Assembly (NCBI GenBank): GCA_046758125.1
Contig: JBHHZR010000003.1
Coordinates: forward strand, 1,875 to 65,874
Length of the DNA: 64,000 bases
Source: Nitrosopumilus sp.
GTDB taxonomy: Archaea > Thermoproteota > Nitrososphaeria > Nitrososphaerales > Nitrosopumilaceae
Reading direction: 5' to 3'
Shown: positions 60,702 to 64,000 of the stretch, one piece after another
How positions within the stretch are numbered: position 1 is the stretch's first letter
Layout of the letters: every line of letters begins with the position of its first letter
Notes under the pieces: generated by a model
Databases searched by the model: none
Told to the model about the DNA's origin: nothing
Seen by the model: only the letters and a program-made list of their open reading frames with translations
Translations under genes and position numbers: made by a program

Positions 60702-61253
60702 TCATTTCTCTCTAATTTTTCTAGTAAGAATCTCTAATTTTTTTAAATATTCCAATATCCATGGATCATTGATTAAATCCATTATATCTTCCATTTTAAA
60801 CATTTTTGGAGTTGTAATTCCTTCTTCAAAATCATAAAGTTTTATGAGTCTATTTCTAACATTTTCAGATTCTATATTTTTGTTATGTGCAAAATTATGC
60901 GCAAAATCATTTCGAATTTCTCTTATCTCATTAAGTTTTTGTTGAATTTTTACTCTTGTATTTTCATCAATTTGATTTTTAAAATCAACATGATATTTCA
61001 TTATTCTAGACAACCAAACAATTTTTGTTCCAAACGATGCAGTTCTATCTTCATCAAATACTGTTTTTGCCCATAATGGAAAATCATTTTTATCCCGTAA
61101 AAACAAATCTGAAATAATTACAGTAAGTGTAGAATCCAAAACTGATACATAGCTTAAAAAATTACCTCGAATTCTATTAACCAAATTCACATATTCTTTA
61201 TCTGTAAGTTCTTTTGATTGCTCAGGCAAATCAAAACCAAAGGGTTCACTCAT
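60702..61253 (-). CDS. Hypothetical protein with HEPN-like RxxxxH motif
   Basis: All-helical; IRNDFAH. Confidence 0.6.
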   Translation of the reverse strand: MSEPFGFDLPEQSKELTDKEYVNLVNRIRGNFLSYVSVLDSTLTVIISDLFLRDKNDFPLWAKTVFDEDRTASFGTKIVWLSRIMKYHVDFKNQIDENTRVKIQQKLNEIREIRNDFAHNFAHNKNIESENVRNRLIKLYDFEEGITTPKMFKMEDIMDLINDPWILEYLKKLEILTRKIREK

Positions 61254-61311
61254 AAATTTATGCCTAAAAAAATACTTAAATAGATTTTTTTTACCCGATT
61301 AAGTTACTAAA

Positions 61312-61416
61312 ATGATAAAATGCCCACTTTGCGGAGAATTATTGAATGATGAATCTCTTCTACAATCTCATATACAAAAAATTCATCCTCAAAGGAAATC
61401 TGTTCCTAACATTTAG
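61312..61416 (+). CDS. C2H2 zinc-finger microprotein (34 aa, absent from the ORF track)
   Basis: MIKCPLCGELLNDESLLQSHIQKIHPQRKSVPNI = C-x2-C-x12-H-x4-H. Confidence 0.65.
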   Translation: MIKCPLCGELLNDESLLQSHIQKIHPQRKSVPNI

Positions 61417-61493
61417 TCTTGTTAGTAAAATTTTATGTGCTGTAAACCAATCTTTACACAGGAAATTAAGTACATATTCTAAAATCGAACTCA

Positions 61494-62132
61494 ATGTCTA
61501 ACTTACATAATAAGTGGTCAAAACAACCACAACCAAGTATTTCTGAAAAAATTAATGATACTATCAAGCCTAAAGGTCCATTAAAACCAAGGGTTCAAAA
61601 TGCAATTAAAAAATTACAATTACAAATTCAAAAATTAGATTCTATGTTAACAAATCTAAGAGAACGTGATGCAAAACTATTTGAAAGAATTGTAGAGGCA
61701 ACACAAAAACATGATATACAAACTAGTAAAGTTCTTGGCAATGAATTAGCAGAGATAAGAAAAGTCACAAAAATTTTGAGTAGTGCTAGAATAGCATTAG
61801 AACAAATTGAACTACGCTTAACTACCGCCAGTGATCTTGGAGATACTGTTGTTGCAATTATGCCAACAATGGGTTTGATGAAGAATCTAAAATCATCCCT
61901 TGGAAAAATTATGCCTGGAGCTGAACAAGAAATTAGTCAAATGGCAGAAATGCTAGGAGGCTTTATGACAGAAAGTTTCTCAGGAGATGCAACATTTGGA
62001 ATTGATGAAACCACAAATGCAGAATCTGAGAAAATCCTAAAAGAGGCTGCTGCTGTTGCAGAAAACTCTACTGGTCAAATGTTTCCTTCAGTTCCAACAG
62101 AAACTCAGGAAACAACTGCCAAATTTCTCTAA
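61494..62132 (+). CDS. cdvB: ESCRT-III (Snf7/CdvB-family) paralogue
   Basis: Snf7 helical core: ERDAKLFERIV...LGNELAEIRK...LEQIELRLTT. Confidence 0.88.
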   Translation: MSNLHNKWSKQPQPSISEKINDTIKPKGPLKPRVQNAIKKLQLQIQKLDSMLTNLRERDAKLFERIVEATQKHDIQTSKVLGNELAEIRKVTKILSSARIALEQIELRLTTASDLGDTVVAIMPTMGLMKNLKSSLGKIMPGAEQEISQMAEMLGGFMTESFSGDATFGIDETTNAESEKILKEAAAVAENSTGQMFPSVPTETQETTAKFL

Positions 62133-62141
62133 TTCTAAATT

Positions 62142-62645
62142 TTAATCTTCTAAAGATTCTCTAGATTCTTTAATTCTTTTTACTCGATTACCTTCATCAT
62201 CAATAATAGTATCAATACCTGATAGTTTACTCCTTAAAGTATTGATAATTGAACCAACTTCATCAGCTTCATTTTCCACTTGTTTTCTTTTACTTTCAAG
62301 TTCCTTTATTCCTCTATTTTCTTCATCAATATACTCACTAACTTTTTGAAGTTTTTCTTTCAGATTTTTAATATCAACTGATTCCTTTTCAATGTCTTTT
62401 TCAAGCAAAGTTCTCTTATCTTTTAGATTCTTAATCATTATCCCAACAGAATCTATCGCTTCTTCTAATTTAGCTCGTTTTCCCATTAATTCTCCTATTC
62501 CAATTTCACTTCCAGAACTAACTGAAGAAGACTCTTCGGGTTCAATTGTTGACATTGGTTCTTCAAATTCTTCTATCTCTTCACTCTCTTCGATTCTTTC
62601 TTCTTCCATTTCTCCTCCCTTATCTTTTCTGAATTTATCAAACAT
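62142..62645 (-). CDS. Coiled-coil hypothetical protein
   Basis: Acidic N-terminus and a long heptad repeat region. Confidence 0.7.
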   Translation of the reverse strand: MFDKFRKDKGGEMEEERIEESEEIEEFEEPMSTIEPEESSSVSSGSEIGIGELMGKRAKLEEAIDSVGIMIKNLKDKRTLLEKDIEKESVDIKNLKEKLQKVSEYIDEENRGIKELESKRKQVENEADEVGSIINTLRSKLSGIDTIIDDEGNRVKRIKESRESLED

Positions 62646-62738
62646 CTTATGATTTTCTTATCTAACTAGGAATAAAAAGTTATTATGAATCTCAAATCTG
62701 ACTATGAATAATATACTATCAATAAGAAAAAATGATGA

Positions 62739-63427
62739 TTATCTCACCAATACTGAATTCTTGAATTCTTGGTTAGAACTAATTAGTTTTTCTGAATTTA
62801 TGGTCAATTCTCCAAATTGTAGAATTTTGATATTTTTACCAATCTCAGAATTTTTTAGACCAGAATTTATCATATAGATAGAAAATACATTTTGCTCATC
62901 TGTTTCAGCAACTTTTCCATAAAATATGACTCTGTAATTAAGACCCTCCCCTAAGGCATTTCCATACATTACTACATGGGATCCATTGGATTTTCCGCTT
63001 AATTCTAGATCAAATTGTTTTTCTCTGAGGGTTAAAATGCCGTTTGTAGAAATTTTCCACAGATCCTCCCCAACCTTAGATGCTTTACCATCAAAGAGAA
63101 CAATTCCTGAATTGTATACTTTAGCATTTACATATACCCATCCAGATGTATGACCTTCAAAGGAAGCATTCTCTGTAAATCTTTATCTGAAATATTATAT
63201 GGCAATGCATATTGTCTGACTTGGAGTTTTCCATTAACAATTTTTTCAGTAAGAATTGCTCGAAGTCTCTCTTTTTCGGAATTTTTTTCAGTGTGTGTTT
63301 CATTTTGTACCGCTTTGTCTTGATCTTCATTCATGTCTGCAAATGAATAGGTCACAGATAATGGTGAAGCTCCAAGCATCAATAAGATTACAATTACTCC
63401 AGTAGTTCTGTATTGGAGTTTTACCAT
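62739..63427 (-). pseudogene. Frameshifted exported-protein gene (ORFs 63128-63427 and 62739-62969 are one gene)
   Basis: A second frame is open from about 63182 through FEGHTSGWVYVNAKV...HVV into MYGNALGEG. One added base near 63164 joins both into about 229 aa. Confidence 0.75.
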
Positions 63428-63673
63428 ATCCTGACTTGCTGAAATGATAGTTTAGGAACGGCAAGAAATCATCCTGTTCCTTAAATACTAAATTTCTTAA
63501 AATTTTACTAAAAAACCCCAAAATCATGTTATTTTTGTAAAAATTTTCAAATTGATAGTTTTTTGAGAAAAATACTCTTTTTCAAATCAACTCTCTAGGA
63601 ACAAAATTTCTAGGCATTTTTCTCCCCGCATCAATTTTATGCAAATTTCTAGCATTTTTCTAGATGAAATACC

Positions 63674-63696
63674 TGTTCCGCTTTGTGTTCCGCTTT
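63674..63696 (+). repeat. 11-bp direct repeat TGTTCCGCTTT x2 (12-bp period) upstream of the wHTH gene
   Basis: Copies at 63674-63684 and 63686-63696. Confidence 0.85.
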
Positions 63697-63743
63697 AGAG
63701 TTTCAAAATGTCCCTCATTAACCAAAGTGTCGTATACTAGGAC

Positions 63744-64000
63744 ATGTCAAAGCAACAATACAGGTCCGAAATGGGCATAATGGGTGATATCTTAGACGTT
63801 ACCGCCGATGGTGGTCGTAATGGAATCATTGTATCTGCAATCTCTCGCAAAGCCAACCTATCTCACTATGCAGTACTAGACAAATGTGAGAAACTGGTAG
63901 AAGCAGGCTTGGTCGAATCCGTCAAAAACGACAGAAATAGAGTCTTTTTGATTACTGAAAAAGGACTCCAGTTCTTTCAAGAATTCAAAAGATTCCAGGG
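63744..64000 (+). CDS. Winged-HTH transcriptional regulator (runs off the window end; absent from the ORF track)
   Basis: MSKQQYRSEMGIMGDILDV...AISRKANLSHYAVLDKCEKLVEAGLV...FLITEKGLQF; the YRS...I..DIL...ITEKG pattern is typical of archaeal wHTH proteins. Confidence 0.85.
   Translation, partial: MSKQQYRSEMGIMGDILDVTADGGRNGIIVSAISRKANLSHYAVLDKCEKLVEAGLVESVKNDRNRVFLITEKGLQFFQEFKRFQ

Noticed and set aside
63327-63527. 66-aa minus-strand ORF
   Set aside because: Out-of-frame overlap with the 63427-start gene; low-complexity AT-rich sequence with no motif.
1-64000. Many short ORFs in the track lying antisense to or inside confident genes (e.g. 1553-1810, 3885-4088, 10628-10813, 33990-34307, 46922-47347, 59604-59969)
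   Set aside because: Shadow ORFs fully overlapping well-supported genes, with no motifs.
1-64000. CRISPR array, cas genes, IS/transposase, integrase
   Set aside because: No regularly spaced repeat-spacer array and no DDE or tyrosine-recombinase motifs; the tRNA-Pro has no visible 3' duplication suggesting an att site.

Overview
AT-rich archaeal chromosomal segment. Gene content (PolD DP1/DP2, Orc1/Cdc6, GINS, thermosome, GGGP synthase, ESCRT-III CdvB, two TFB paralogues, cupredoxins, CFI-box-type C-terminal domain) points to a Nitrosopumilus-like ammonia-oxidising thaumarchaeote; this is inferred from family recognition, not a database search. It is mostly housekeeping and includes the probable replication origin (two 27-bp ORB-like repeats upstream of cdc6) and one tRNA-Pro(GGG). 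No CRISPR array, transposase or integrase was seen. Most notable: (1) a KamA-family radical-SAM enzyme with glutamate-2,3-aminomutase-like residue changes directly upstream of a second, active-site-variant glutamine synthetase and divergent from an MscS channel, a candidate beta-glutamate/beta-glutamine osmolyte module; (2) an unannotated, GC-rich, highly base-paired ~127-nt element at 60075-60201 with a candidate promoter and T-tract, a likely ncRNA, about 500 bp from a stand-alone HEPN-motif protein; (3) six GTTAAC palindromes interleaved with the ORBs and flanked by wHTH and AbrB-type genes; (4) microproteins missed by the ORF track and one frameshifted gene.
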